Assembly: GCA_001687465.1 (NCBI GenBank)
Contig: LVLI01000118.1
Coordinates: 62,001-126,000, forward strand
Reading direction: 5' to 3'
DNA: 64,000 nucleotides
Origin: Halocafeteria seosinensis
Taxonomy: Eukaryota
Shown here: positions 11,303 to 24,094 of the stretch, piece after piece
How the letters are laid out: each line of letters begins with the position of its first letter
Numbering within the stretch: the first letter of the stretch is position 1
Notes under the pieces: model-generated
The model's database searches: none
Seen by the model: only the letters and a program-made list of their open reading frames with translations
Told to the model about the DNA's origin: nothing
Position numbers and translations under genes: made by a program

Positions 11303-14300
11303 ATGGAGAAAGAGGGGGAATATAGCGCCCAAGATACTGAGTTTCTACGGGCTATATCAGCTCTTGCTGATATCCATTTGAGTATTCAACCTGCTCAAAA
11401 GAAAAAGCTTTTCGGTCTTTATAAGCAGGCCATGGAGGGGGATGTCGGAGAGTCTCCACCGGCTAATAATGTGATCGAAAGACGTGAATATGAGGCCCGC
11501 GTTGGCTTCCGCGGCATGAGAAAAGAAGAAGCGAAGCAGCAGTATATTGATACTGTCGACGGATTAGTGAAAGAGTTACACGGTGGAGACAGTCGTGGGA
11601 TCCAGGAGTATTCTACGACGATCGATGGGGAAGAGAAAGCAGGTGATGAAGCCGAGGAAGAAGGAGAAGATGCCTCCGACGGCAATGGTGCCAGCATACC
11701 ACCAGGGGAACATGTCATGCGGCGAATATCGGATGCGGTCTTTCACGAACGTCCAGAGGAGCATGAACGATCCGACAGGCCTCTCTCTAAGGAGGGTATT
11801 CTGTACAAACAGAGAGACGTCCGAAGTGTGTGGGCAGAAAGGCTTTTTGTACTGAAAGGGAAGAGCCTGTCCTACTATCGAAGCACCAAACAGAAAGAGC
11901 CAACGAAAAAATGGATTCTTGGCTCTACCTGCAAAGTGCAAGAGCTGCCACGAGAGTTCTCCAAGTCTATGATAAAAAAGAAGTACGGCAAGTTTTTCCC
12001 CTTTGCCGTCTCCCAGCACGACATGGTTCCTCCAATGCGATTAGCAGCAGCCTCCAAAGATGAACGGTATTCTTGGATGAAAGTTATCCGTCGCGCAGCG
12101 CAATCGACAGCGGATGGACCCGCCACTCCTACCAAAAGGAACGAAGGCACAAGCGTCCCATTTTCTGACCGTCCTAACGGTACTGCGAACAAGGATAACA
12201 AGTATGCATACACCCATGAAGAGACGAACGTTGTGTCAAACGCTGAGCAAACAAGTGCAGAAATCGTTGATTCACCAATGTCAGGTGGAAGCGAAGCGCA
12301 AAATGAGGTATATCATTGCACCCTGGAAGAAATTGCGGCCCCTTATCCTCCAGAACCGTACACTAAGGACGCACAAAAAATGATGAATGATTTACAGAAA
12401 CTTGAAAAATCAAAAACAGAATGGAAGTACAGCAAAGAAAGGAAAGGAGTATATTGTTACCATGGAACCGGAGATCTCGCCGGTGCGAAGGGGACTGGAT
12501 TCGTCAATTTTTCACGCCGTGCAATACGAGACATGCTTGTCGATCTTGAAAAAAAGCCTCTTACAGATAGTAAATTTGACGATGGTCGTGTGATTGAGCG
12601 TTTGGACTCCAGATCCACCGTCACATACATGCGATACAAGGCTGTGATGCCAACTTCGGCGCGGGACTTCTGTAACTTCACCCACTGGCGTGTTGCTACC
12701 CCTTCGGAGGAAGAAGGAGGTACCTTGTATATTGCTGCCAAGAGTGTCAAACACCCCGAATGCCCCGAGGATAAGGATTGTGTACGAGCAGACTTGAAGA
12801 TCGGTGGGTGGGTAATCCGCCCTATCAAGGGGAAGAAAATTGCAGAGGAACGAGCCGCCGCGAGATCCAGAGGAGAGGATCCCGGACCATGGCCAACCGA
12901 TGTGGATATTGATTCTGAGGGATGCGAATGTACTTACTTGGTTTTAATCGATCTCTGTGGCGACATACCGGGTTTCGTCGTTGGGATAGTTACTCAGCAA
13001 CAAGCGCTTCTCGTGGCTGCTTTGCGTGAAGCCTTAGAAAAAGAATGGAAAGGAAAAGACTCGGAAATGCGGCGAATTCCAACCATTCATAACTTTGACA
13101 AAGATGATAATCCTCCGGTTGTTGCCCCTGCAAAGTCGGGCACCAAGAACCCAGGTCCCAAGAAGTCGGAAACGGAACCGGCGGGAACACTCAAGGATGG
13201 AGGAGGAGTGCATTCACAACAAAGTAGCAATGCTCCGGAAGCTGTAGGAACCGAAACCTCAGACTTAAACATACCCGGTTTGACTCAACCTCTTCCGATC
13301 GAACGGCCGCCTCATCAAGTCTCTGTATTTAGTGCCTTGGTTCTCTTGGTTCCGGCAGTGCTGGTCTACGCCTACGGTGAAATGCCATATCACTACCGTG
13401 AACAGTACCTCACTCCATTGAATTTCTTAATTTTCTTAGGCGTGATCTCGATATTCTGCTTGTTATTGTTTCGACGTCTCTGGGTCGGACCCTCCAATAT
13501 GTCTATTCGGAGAAAATTGACCATCGCCACATGGACCGCCCCGCAAGAAGGTAGGCTCACCCGTTCGTGACTAGTTCCTCTCACGATGGTGGTGACGCTT
13601 TGATTCTTTACTGGTTTGCAGGGAACATCTATGGCGCATTATCAGTGGATGTAGGGAAGGCGCGGCAGTACATCGAGGACGTTCGCACAAGGACAGGAAC
13701 GAAAGTAACAATGACCCATTTAGTGGTCAAGGCACTGGGTACAGCGCTCAGAGCATGTCCAGCGATAAACGGGTACGATACTGTCTTGCGAAAGGATGCC
13801 ATTGGCAATGTTTCATTACCTTGCTTTTCTCTTACTGCGATTACAGAAGAATTGTTGATAACGAGTACATTGAAGCTGGGCGAGTTGATGTGTCATGCCT
13901 GATCAATATCCAAGCTGAGGGAGATTCGTCGCAGCAGTTTCAAAGCCAACGCAAAGCAGACTTGGGCAATGTAAAAGTAACTGATGTGGATCAGAAGACA
14001 GTCGTAGATATTGCTCAGGAGCTTTCAGAAAAGGCTAAGAAACTACGAGCGGGCAAGGACAGCGATTTCGAGAAGACGAAGACTGCGTTGAAGGTGCGTC
14101 GGTACTACTTTTATTTCAATTCGGCGGGACTAGATTGATAGGTCCTGTAATCCTCTTGTGAACAGATGCTTCCGGTTGGTGTACTGAGATACGTAGTATC
14201 TACTGCCGGCTACCTCGGGTCTCAGCTAGGGTGCACAATACCGTTCCTAGGCGTTCGACCGTATCCTTTTGGAACTGCATGCGTCAGCTCGATTGGATCC

Positions 14301-14570
14301 CTAGGCCTGGATTTCGGCTGGGCACCGTTTACTCCCTTCGCTAACGTCCCCGTGTTAATCACTGTTGGTGCCATAAAAGATTCGGTGGTCGCTGAAAAAG
14401 GCTCGCCTGTTGTACGGCCCATTATGATGATAAGCGCTACACTAGATCACAGATATATGGACGGTTCCCAAGCGGCACTCCTCGGAGATGTTTTCAAGCG
14501 TTCTTTGGAGAATCCTTCTGAGGTAATGGAAAAATCCTCACCACCAATAGGCTCCAGCATTGGTACGTAG
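11303..14570 (+). CDS. 1016-aa fusion: acyl-CoA-binding (ACBP) + PH + START + TM + 2-oxoacid-dehydrogenase E2-type acyltransferase catalytic domain; exons 11303-13550, 13622-13772, 13847-14093, 14166-14570
   Basis: ACBP LFGLYKQAMEGD...GMRKEEAKQQYI; PH KEGILYKQ...WAERLFVL...ERYSWMKVI; START SARDFC...DCVRA...GGWVIRP...IDLCGDIP; E2 VTMTHLVVKA, GTACVSSIGSLG, ATLDHRYMDG. Three GT-AG introns (71-74 nt) keep frame; total 3051 nt. Confidence 0.9.
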
Positions 14571-14587
14571 AAACTTATATCATATAA

Positions 14588-15766
14588 TCAAACGCCATCA
14601 TACTGGTCTGAAAGTCTATCCCTGGCACGCTTCTTCTCTCGTAGTTCTTTTTGTATTTGAGAGACACTCCGCTTGTCTCTCCGAGGGAACATCGGCTGTA
14701 GTGTTTCTGCTTCTCGTGCATGTTCGTTCATGGCTTCTTTGGCTTTTAAAGCATCTTGCTTCTGATACTTCCTCCTTTCTTTTGCCTTTTGCGCAAGCTC
14801 TTCTTGCTGTTTCCGTATCTTTTCTGCTTCGGCTTCCCTCAGCTTTTCCTCTTCGTCTTCCTCTTGTTGCTCTGGTGGTGGATGATCCGGATGGAAAATG
14901 ATTACATGGCGTTGATCTCCCGCACCTTCAGACCTCGTGAGTAAACCGAGAGCTTCAGCCTCATCATGAATATAGTATCTCCAAAATTTATCTGTCGGGG
15001 GCATGCGGAGGATGTATCCATCACGGGGAAAGCTAGCCTGCCCTGTCCACCTTCCACACCACATGGTGGCCACAGAGGTATTTAAACCCATGCATACTAT
15101 TATATCGGAACCGATTCCACACAGAACCAGGGGATCCTTCAACTTTTCCGTGTCAATTACTTCGCAGTCTGCTGTTTCTTTTGTCCTCCTATAAGCTGAA
15201 TCAACCAAAAAATTGTTCAGTACGTATTGTAGCTTCTCATCGCTACGAGCTGAATAGCGCGACCCATGTCCCGCTTTTCCCTCTAACACCTCCTGGCACC
15301 TGTCTTTAACCACTCGCTTGAATAATTTGATCGCCTGCTGTTGTCTTGCCTCTGGTGTCTGCGGAGGCAGAGCCCTGAGCTTCGGAAGTTCTTTCGTGGC
15401 GGTGCTCGNACTGCCACCACCNCTACCCCTGGCTGATTGTACGTCGGACTGAGGAGCAGTAGCAGCACGTTTCAAGTGCTCAATCTCATTACTCGAGAGC
15501 TCCGAAGGTGGTTCATAACTCGAAACCCCTCTGGAAATATCAAAGAAGTATATTTTCCCGGTGGAACGCGATACTGCTGCTTTCCAATTCCCGATGACTA
15601 AGCCCTCTCCTGTTCGATTTCCGCTTCCACTGTTAGGAACGGTGCTTGATGAACCTTCTTGGGTGTTCTGCTGGTTACCAAGTGCTTCTGTGTCATCGTG
15701 ACGAGTCCTTTGAGCATCATAATGACAACTATTCTCAGCCTTGGTCGCCGACGGCATGTTCTTCAA
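14588..15766 (-). CDS. SPAG7: SPAG7-like R3H-domain protein with an N-terminal WW domain
   Basis: WW: NWKAAVSRSTGKIYFFDISRGVSSYEPP. R3H: PPTDKFWRYYIHDEAEALGLLTRSEG..RHVIIF. C-terminal RRDKRSVSQIQKELREKKR resembles the SPAG7 tail. A possible in-frame intron near 15030-15110 is unresolved. Confidence 0.7.
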   Translation of the reverse strand: MKNMPSATKAENSCHYDAQRTRHDDTEALGNQQNTQEGSSSTVPNSGSGNRTGEGLVIGNWKAAVSRSTGKIYFFDISRGVSSYEPPSELSSNEIEHLKRAATAPQSDVQSARGXGGGSXSTATKELPKLRALPPQTPEARQQQAIKLFKRVVKDRCQEVLEGKAGHGSRYSARSDEKLQYVLNNFLVDSAYRRTKETADCEVIDTEKLKDPLVLCGIGSDIIVCMGLNTSVATMWCGRWTGQASFPRDGYILRMPPTDKFWRYYIHDEAEALGLLTRSEGAGDQRHVIIFHPDHPPPEQQEEDEEEKLREAEAEKIRKQQEELAQKAKERRKYQKQDALKAKEAMNEHAREAETLQPMFPRRDKRSVSQIQKELREKKRARDRLSDQYDGV

Positions 15767-15944
15767 CCTCTTGTTCTAGCCACCTCACGCATTAAATATC
15801 AGCTAACCTATCTAGATTCTAGCCATATATTGTCCCATACCAACATATCTAACTATTCCTATTGCTTTTAATCGATTTGCAGGCTCGAAAACACGCCGTA
15901 TGAGAAGTGAACGAATTGTTTGCTGTCTTCGCATGAAGGCATAA

Positions 15945-17217
15945 TGAAGTACTCACGATGGTTCAATGGTGTACTTTTCGTATGTTACTCAAGCTCTTCT
16001 ATTGTTGTTGTTATAACTCTGAGTAGCATCATCAGCTTGATGGGAATTACAGGTTTGTTAGGAGGAGCATCGAAATTGTCATTGGCGCTACTGACGTGGT
16101 TCACGCTCAGTGTTATAATGGCTATAGTAAGGCATCTACAGCGATTACCACATTATGGGAAAAAGATAGTCTCCTATACTCGGCCCTGGATCTCCAGTGC
16201 TTGGAATGGCACACCTGCACTCGTGGATATTTCGTCAATCGGGTCGACAAGGGACTGGAAATCTGCGGCAGATGCAAGTGTGAACCTCTTCCTAGGTAGT
16301 TTTATTGCGTTGACTGGGGCTACCTCAGCTCTGGCTTTTGCAGAGGGCGACGACAAGTCAAATGACAAGGATTCTACAGCCGATGAGCCCCCAACCTCCA
16401 GAGAAAATGGCAAAGAGGAGGAGGACCCATTGTACGTCGAAAGCGCCCATAAAGGAAAGGCCAGGGCGAAGTACTTACGTACACTTCCACCGCGAGTCTC
16501 TGGGTCTTCGCTTGAAACTCTTCCCAAAACCTACCAGAATGGTGATCAGCTGGACTTTGATTTAAAGAGCCTAGTCTCGAGTATGCTTGACATATATGCC
16601 ATGAACCCGAAGGAGCAATACTTCAAGGATATGTACACTCATGATGCTGTTTTCGAGGACCCATTGATGAGGTTATTAGGAAGGAAGATGATTAAATTTG
16701 GATTTAAAGGTGGGTGATTGTTAGGTGTACACAGTGCCGAGCGATTGACTGTTTGCTTTGGTGCGACCGTGACCGTCCATACTTCTTGAAAGACTTATGC
16801 TAAGCAATTGTTGTTGCAGGTATCGAAAAAGGGTTTAAACAAAGCAGGACACTGCAATGGCATGTCCAGTTGATAAAATACAATCAAGATGGAGCTGTAT
16901 ATAAAGAGCAACGCAATCAGGAACCGTCTCCTTCGTGGTATAAGCCTAGTCATCCGACAAACCGCGCTGTGATACTATGGCTGCATCATTTGTATGAGCC
17001 AAAAGTTCTACGAACCCCTTTTGAAATGGTTACTGCCGTCAGGTTATATATCGACAAAGATGGGAAAATTGTCAGGCATGAGGATCTTTTCTACGGAGTA
17101 GAACTACCGAATTTCTCGAACAGTGGTATCCTTGGTGGTCTATCTCAGCTAATGCGGTTCGTCAATGGATACCTATACTCCTTGTTTTACATAATCTTTT
17201 GTGATCTATGGGAGTAG
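15945..17217 (+). CDS. Membrane-anchored SnoaL/NTF2-like fold protein; intron 16710-16819
   Basis: YTHDAVFEDPLMRLLGRKMI and LYIDKDGKIVRHEDLF are SnoaL-like motifs. A phase-1 intron joins the two ORFs. Hydrophobic N-terminus; start is 15945 or 16039. Confidence 0.75.
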
Positions 17218-17283
17218 AGCCGTAATACATGACTGATTCGAAATCTCAAAACCCCAAAACCTGGCACCCCGAAAAGAAGCTAG

Positions 17284-17812
17284 CTACGGCGAAATGCCGT
17301 GCCATTTGACAAGCGCCACGTCGCGACTGGAATGTACAGGTATACGGTTACCTGGCCTATTGAGTAATAGGTGCTTCTGCGCCTTAGCCATGTATACAAT
17401 GATATGGCTGTGGCAGTGCTCCATGACCTGCTTCCAGCGTGGCACTGACTCAAGACACAAATTGAGCGCTGGCTCTTTTTCCAGCATATATTTCACGTTT
17501 ATTGTTGACAACTGTTGCGATTCCGCGGGAATATCTTCCACCAGCGCATACTAGGTACCGCTACAAAGAATGCACAAGAACATCAGATGCGCAGTAATAT
17601 AGCGCGTGTACGCTGTCGAAGCGGTCCCTGCCGGTCATATACCCGGAGACATACGTCAGCCGCTTCCACCTATCCCCGTCAAGGGCGCCCCTCACGTACG
17701 ACTCTCACAGGCCCCAAGAGCAGCCAAGCAAGAAAACCTTGTCGCCAGGGGTCCGATTCCAATTGCAGTTTGCAGATCGACTGAATTGATGTTTGCTGCT
17801 ATTTTCTTTCAT
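17284..17812 (-). CDS. Possible small multi-exon hypothetical protein
   Basis: An 85-aa terminal ORF preceded by plausible splice sites. Exon structure not resolved. Confidence 0.3.
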
Positions 17813-18138
17813 CTAGAACAGTGCTAGTAATATTCTATTCACCTGGTTGAAACAGGAATGGAAGAGGAGACATCGGGCTAGCGCATCTAGATTGTGTAAG
17901 ACACCTTTTTTCTCCCCTAACTGTATGTATCATGTTCTGTGTGCTGTCTGTGTGTGTATATACCATATTAGACTGTTGTATAGGCCTTGTGAAGGGGTGT
18001 ATTGAGCGTGGTTTTCGTTGCGTTTCCTCTTGAGGGGAATGGGGGAAAGGAACTCAACGCTTTGGGTCGAAGTTGAACCCTTTTGAACCCTGTTTTTTTA
18101 TCCTTTTCCCCCCCGTCTGATTCTCACCCTATGGGATC

Positions 18139-21100
18139 ATGTATGTTATATTGAACTGTCATCATGCAGAAGGAGATAATCACTGGATAAGCCTTGGTGA
18201 CAGAAAAGCAGCTTGTTTGGCGAACACCTGGAAGTTCAACAGAATGAATGAAGAAAATGCAACTTCTCCCTTGAAAATACGCGCCCAGCACCATACAAAT
18301 GATGACAATGAGAGCCATTCGCACTCGCGCCATTCTTTGAGAGCGGTCCATTCAGCGGGATGTATGGAATGGGGAAGATCACCTGAGAGTCGGAACCTGC
18401 GTGTGCAGGGGCGGAGTGCCTCGACGCCTGCCTCAACTCATGAGACGTACTCGCGTCCTTTGCATGTTACGCGGATCGATGGGGAGAAGGAGGAATCGTA
18501 TACCATACTGGAGTCTGAGAGTGACGTGTCATGCAACCTGGAGGAGATAGACCCGGTAACATTACGAGGCAAACTACTGGAGGTACTGCGGAAGTACCGG
18601 TCTATGAGGCATTTACAGCAAGCAACTCGTAGTATTACAGGAGCCGGTGTGGTTGGGGGCGTGAGCAGTCAAGATTTGGCCTTGGAACGAGTAATCGACG
18701 CAGCTTCAGAGATCATGAAGGCAGAGCGCATCGTACTGTTTCTGCTGGATCAACACTCCCACGAGCTTCATTCGGCGCTTTCCAACTGCCCGGACCATGA
18801 AGTATGTTAATCAAGCAATGGAAGTTTCGCCTTTACTTATTGAAACTCCTAGTGGTTGCTCTATTTTACAGGGAATACGCATATCGATGTCAGAAGGACT
18901 TGCTGGCTATGCTGCGCGCACGGGGAAAATAGTGTGCTCCGAAAGTAGGCAACTGTCGCTGTATGTTACGTTTTGCGACATCGACCAGATTTTTGCCCGC
19001 CGCAGACGCACAAAAGAACCGAGAATATAATGAAAAGCTCGACAGACTGTGTGGCTACCATACTCAATCGGTTTTAGCTATGCCTGTCACCGATGAACAT
19101 GGCCATACGCTGGGAGTTATTCAGGCGGCGAATCGGATTAACGACGTCGGTGAAAGAAGTGGATTCAACGAGCACGATATTTACCTACTAGATGGGGTCG
19201 CTTCAGTAGCTGGCAATGTATGTCTAAACTATTCGCGGCTCAACGTGCTCGTTGGGTTATACGAGTATGACGTTCTCTCTGCAGGCTCTTTCCAAGTTAA
19301 AACTATACCTCGATGCGAAAAGGGCAGCTAAGGTTCAATCAAAAATGCTTCAACTAACTAAGGACCTCGCTGCGGAAGTTGATCTATCTCGGATAATCAA
19401 GACTGCCAAGAAGGGGATATTCTCTCTTTTAAGCGTCGAGTTCGTTAAGGTGTTTTTGGTGGACTCACACGCTTCTCGTGTCTTCCTCCTAGATGTCGAT
19501 GAAAAACGACAAGACGAACGTGTTATGATAAGACGATCGTTCGAGGTGCCCAGAGGACTCGTTGGGACTGCTGTGGACTATCGACAGACTGTGTGCGTTG
19601 ATTCTGCCCCCACGAGGCCTGATTTTGATGAAGAAATTGATGGAGTTTTGCCGGAACCCGAGAGTGTTGACGGTACCACTCCTGAAGGGTCTCCAGGATC
19701 AGGTCTTAATGTCTCTTCATGCGTATGTGTACCCGTAAAGGACCCGAATGGAAAAGTGGTCGCCGTGATTGAGGTCATAAACAAAAAACAAGAGAAGGTG
19801 TTGCCCCGAAGGGCATCTCACGCCACTAACAAAGATAGTCCAATGCATATGGACGAAGGTAGCAAGGGTCTCCCGGTGGTAGCCTTTAATAGGAATGATA
19901 TTGAGCTTCTAGAAAGCATCGCTGCGTCTTCAGGTGTTTGTTTGGACAAGGCCATGATGTTTGCCGAAATCAGTAAGGCTCATAGGAGAACAGCTACTCT
20001 TCTCGAAATCATTAAGACCACCTCTATGCAAGCTGATCTATCTCGCTTTGTGCGAAGGATGATACAGTCGCTGTACAAGGCCATCCATGCTGATAGAGTT
20101 ACTTTGTTTCTAGTGGATAAGCCAAGAAACGCATTACAGGCCGTGGAAAGCCGAGATATTAGAGGGCAAAGACTATCATTGAAGCATGGAATCTGTGGAT
20201 ACGTCGCGCGCACTGGACATGAAGTAGTAGTCCGTGATGCTTACCAGTCCCAGTATTTCAACGCTCGGGTAGACAAAGCCACGAATTATATTACAAGGAG
20301 TGTTCTTTGTCTACCGATACTTGATAGGTCTGGAAGAGTAATGGCCGTACTGCAAGCGCTGAACAAGATCCCTCCTGGCAGGACCAACCAGACCGATTCC
20401 TCTGTGAAACGAAGCACTTCCATGAAAAATGCGCGGTTTTCTACAGGGACTCCAACCGCCCATTATTTCAGAGATGATAGGTCTCCGCGAGTACAGCGGT
20501 TTTCGGATACTCTCCCTAAACCAAGGGGTCGGTCCGGAAGTACTATTGGGCCGTTAGAGAACGCTCGTGATTCTTTTAATGGATTGCTAAGGTCGTGTTC
20601 TATGCATTCTGATGGTAGTTATCCCGGTTCTTCGGGGCGCGCCGCCGAGCCATCTAGCAATCACCAAGTTTATTCAAGCCCGGGAGAAGGGTCCAGTGGA
20701 TTCAGTCCAGCATCCGGACCAAAGACAACAAGAATCCGCGCGGAAGACAAGGCGGCTTCATTCAATGATGTCCAGTTTTCTACAAGTTGTTCAGCACGCG
20801 ACGAGACCCTGCGGACTGTAAACTCAGTTGCTTCGATGTCACCAGAGATATCACCAGCCACGCGACCTAATGTTGGCTTCAATGACCCACCGGTCTTCTC
20901 TCTTCGCGAGGATCAGGGACGAACGCGCCAACGATCAGGTTCAATGCTGGAAAACCCCGCTACCCGTGCCAAGATTCAAGGGTACAGTTCAGGCAGGAGA
21001 CGTACCAGCTCGGAAAGCGATGAATACCTAAGTGCTCCTTATGATACGGCCTCTCGTAGTGATGTAGGTGAGTCAGACCTTGGCACCGGTAGAGACTTCG

Positions 21101-23166
21101 ATTTAGTATGCAATGGTATCTTCAATTATTTAGACGTGAAAGAAACATCGGAATATAATGCTTTTGGATCTGAGGATGTCGCAATTGCCAAAGCCTGTTG
21201 TGTTGAACTTGCTCAGCGGTTTTCTCAGAGTGCACCTGAAGAAATTCTCTTCGAACTACGGGCGCTAGGTGAGGGTCCGCAGAAAGGCGAGAACACAGGT
21301 ACTTCTAGACAAAACAGTCCCACTTCTGTAGGAGAAACAGCGTTAAACAAACTGACATCGCTATTTGCGTCATACACGTCCGGGGGAGGAAGCTCGGGGG
21401 CGTCGAAAAATACTGGCAGAATGCACCGTTCGCGCTCCGTTGCTCCGGCGTATGAGGATCACCCGGCTTTTCAAGATATTCCAGAAGACGCAGAATCACA
21501 TGTCTCCGTACCCACCAGGCGTAAGCGACTGTCGTTCAAAGACAAGATTAAGCCTCTTCATAAAAGCTACAACGGAAGTGCACCTTTTGATCAGAGCTTG
21601 TGCTCGGATATTCAAGTCGTCAGTGTTTCTTCGGGGCCTGTCTTATCCACTGAGAGTGTCAGCATGGGAGACCACGCTGACTCCGTAGATAGTATTCAAA
21701 CTTCTTCTGCTGAAGCTGGACCTACAGTGATCGAGCAGGCTGACCCCCCTTTAGCACCTGTGAGAAATTTACGGTTTCGATGCCCCGCCAACAAGGCTGC
21801 CCTGCCGTCACCAGTGTTTTCCACGGAAAGAGCTGCTACGTTCTACGACGCGGACATTATCGTAAAGTTTGCAAATGACGTAAACGAAGCTTGTTTAAAG
21901 AGGATTCTGAACACAGGCCAGGAAAAGGATATCTACCAGGCGCTATTAACAGAGGATCAGAAAACCTTGTTGGTACAAGAGGTAGAGATGCAGGCCAGCC
22001 GAGATGAACAGTCTATGCAGTCCGCCACTGCTACCGTTGACGATAGCAGCTCAAACCCTGCTGATTTCTACCCGCTGCCGTCCCTACGGTCGGAAGAATT
22101 GGAGTCGTTTTCGTTCGACGTCTTCAGTAATCCAGCGCGGATATTTGTACCTTCGGTTCTCCTAATGTTGCATCGGTTGGGTCCTCTGTCTCGGCTTGGA
22201 AAAATAAAGAGCCACCGAATTATCGATTTCGCAGCCCGTATTGGACATCTATACCGTCCAGAGGAAATTTGTCCATTCCACAATTTTATGCATGGGTTCA
22301 GTGTTTGCCAGTTCACGTATGCACTGCTTTTAAGAATGAATCCTGAACAGATGCTATTACCCATCGAGCAGCTGTCGTTGATGCTCGCCGCTCTGGCGCA
22401 TGATGTTGATCATCCGTCAGTAAGCAACAGCTTCCTAGCTAGTGCTGATTCAGAATTGGCTCTACAGTACAACGATTGTTCAGTGCTTGAGAACTATCAT
22501 GCTTCAATTGCTTGCCGCGTCATCAAGGAAGTTAAGTTGCTAGAAGATATACCGAAAGAGGATTCTCGGCGAAGTAGGAATATTATCATCCAGTCTATTT
22601 TAGCTACCGACATGAGTAAGCACTTCGATTTGATCAAGGACATAAAGCAGTGGCTGTCACCTCTTTCTACTAGTGGGCTAGATCTAACGGACGATGCTGG
22701 AGACTCTACGGATTCTCTGTCTTCAGCAGAAGCTTCTGCAGCTCTTGAACGGTCAGATGCGAATCCTGACGCAAAAAATCCGGAATTTCCGACGCCCGAA
22801 GAGCGAACTAAATTATGTGAAGTCCTTTTACATTGCGCAGACCTCTCTGGGCAAGTTATGCCCATGCATTTGGCAAAGGAATGGTCGGGGAGAATCACGG
22901 CTGAGTTTGCCCGCCAAAGTGTGCTAGAGAAGAAGCTGAACATAGAAGAAACACCTCATATGCGTGGATTAGAAACTGAGAAGGCTCAGCAAGAGCTCCA
23001 AATCGGCTTTTGTGACTACGTTGTTGCCCCGCTTTGGCGAGCTCTCAGCGATGTATGTCCAGATGTCTGCCCGTGTGTTGCCCAACTAGAGCGTAACAGC
23101 GAGGAATACAAACGACTAACTGAATTGTGTAAGAACGCAGAAGAACAACCCGAATCCAGTCAGTAG
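18139..23166 (+). CDS. Class I cyclic-nucleotide phosphodiesterase with three N-terminal GAF domains; exons 18139(or 18244)-18801, 18872-18944, 19006-19217, 19285-23166
   Basis: GAF motifs GLAGYAARTG, GYHTQSVLAMPV, GICGYVARTG, TRSVLCLPI, ALNK. PDE motifs FHNFMHG, AHDVDHP, LENYHA, ATDM, HCADLS, QIGFCDYVV. Introns are phase-consistent. Confidence 0.95.
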
Positions 23167-23230
23167 TGATATAATGTACATAAGCGTGCATCATTTCAAT
23201 ATTCATCAAGAGTAGTTTGCTGTTGGGACG

Positions 23231-23755
23231 TTACTTATCACGGTTGTGCATTCTGTCTTCTTGTTTGGGGTCTCTCCGCTCCCATTTATTGTGATGATAC
23301 ACTTGCTTGTAGTGCTCCTTCAATTGTTCCTCACTCATTTGTACCACCCCTTCATTAGGGTCGAAATTTTGTCGAAAAAGTGGCGGTCCATCGATATCTG
23401 TGAGAGTATTGATAGCAACCCATCCCCCTAGAAATAGTACAATCAGTGGTGAGAACTGCATGAGTTGGTACGAATGGTTGAATGAGCATCAACCACAGAA
23501 GACTTTCTGTGGGCGGAACAAACTTACCCGCTTGAAATGATACTTCCACGAGAACGTATCCTGTGTTTCCTCCTTACTACCGTCACTTGTTGTATCAGCA
23601 TTAGCGTTAGCCCTGGGAGACTTATTATTCGCCTTCGTTGGGGAGGTTGCGTTGCTGCTTTTTCCTTCTGAACTAGATAATGTCCGCAAAAACGGGGTAT
23701 GCAGAGACGCTCTCCGTAAAACTGGCCTCACTGGTACCAATCTTGTCAACCACAT
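23231..23755 (-). CDS. Small single-TM protein with mitochondrial-type presequence; intron 23456-23527
   Basis: MWLTRLVPVRPVLRRASLHTPFLRTLSS is Arg/Ser-rich and acid-free. Splice KYHFKR|FSPLIVLFLGGWVAI gives one TM segment. Confidence 0.7.
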
Positions 23756-24094
23756 GATGGGAAAGACTTCGGTATAATACAAAATACGCGGCTTGAGATA
23801 CCACTTCACATGTTCCTTTCTCCTTTTCCAGTCATTTAGAGAGGGAGAAGAGTGTTAACCACTACTCCAAACTATATATAGACTATTTCACAATACATTT
23901 TCTTGAATTCACTTCGCCAAATAGATAGTGTATTATACTCTCCATACCGTAATAAGACCCCAAATTGAAGTTGGGAGGGCTTGAACTGACCCCACTGTGT
24001 TCATTCCTATGCTCCTGTGTTGTTGCCAACATCGCGTTCAAGAAAAAAAAAAATAAATGCCGGTCTTATTGAATATTTTCGTTGCTTGTCCATC

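Noticed and set aside
13567..14570. Stand-alone PDH/OGDH E2 subunit or frameshifted pseudogene
   Set aside because: The breaks are clean, in-phase GT-AG introns. There is no lipoyl domain, and the E2 region begins inside the upstream ORF.
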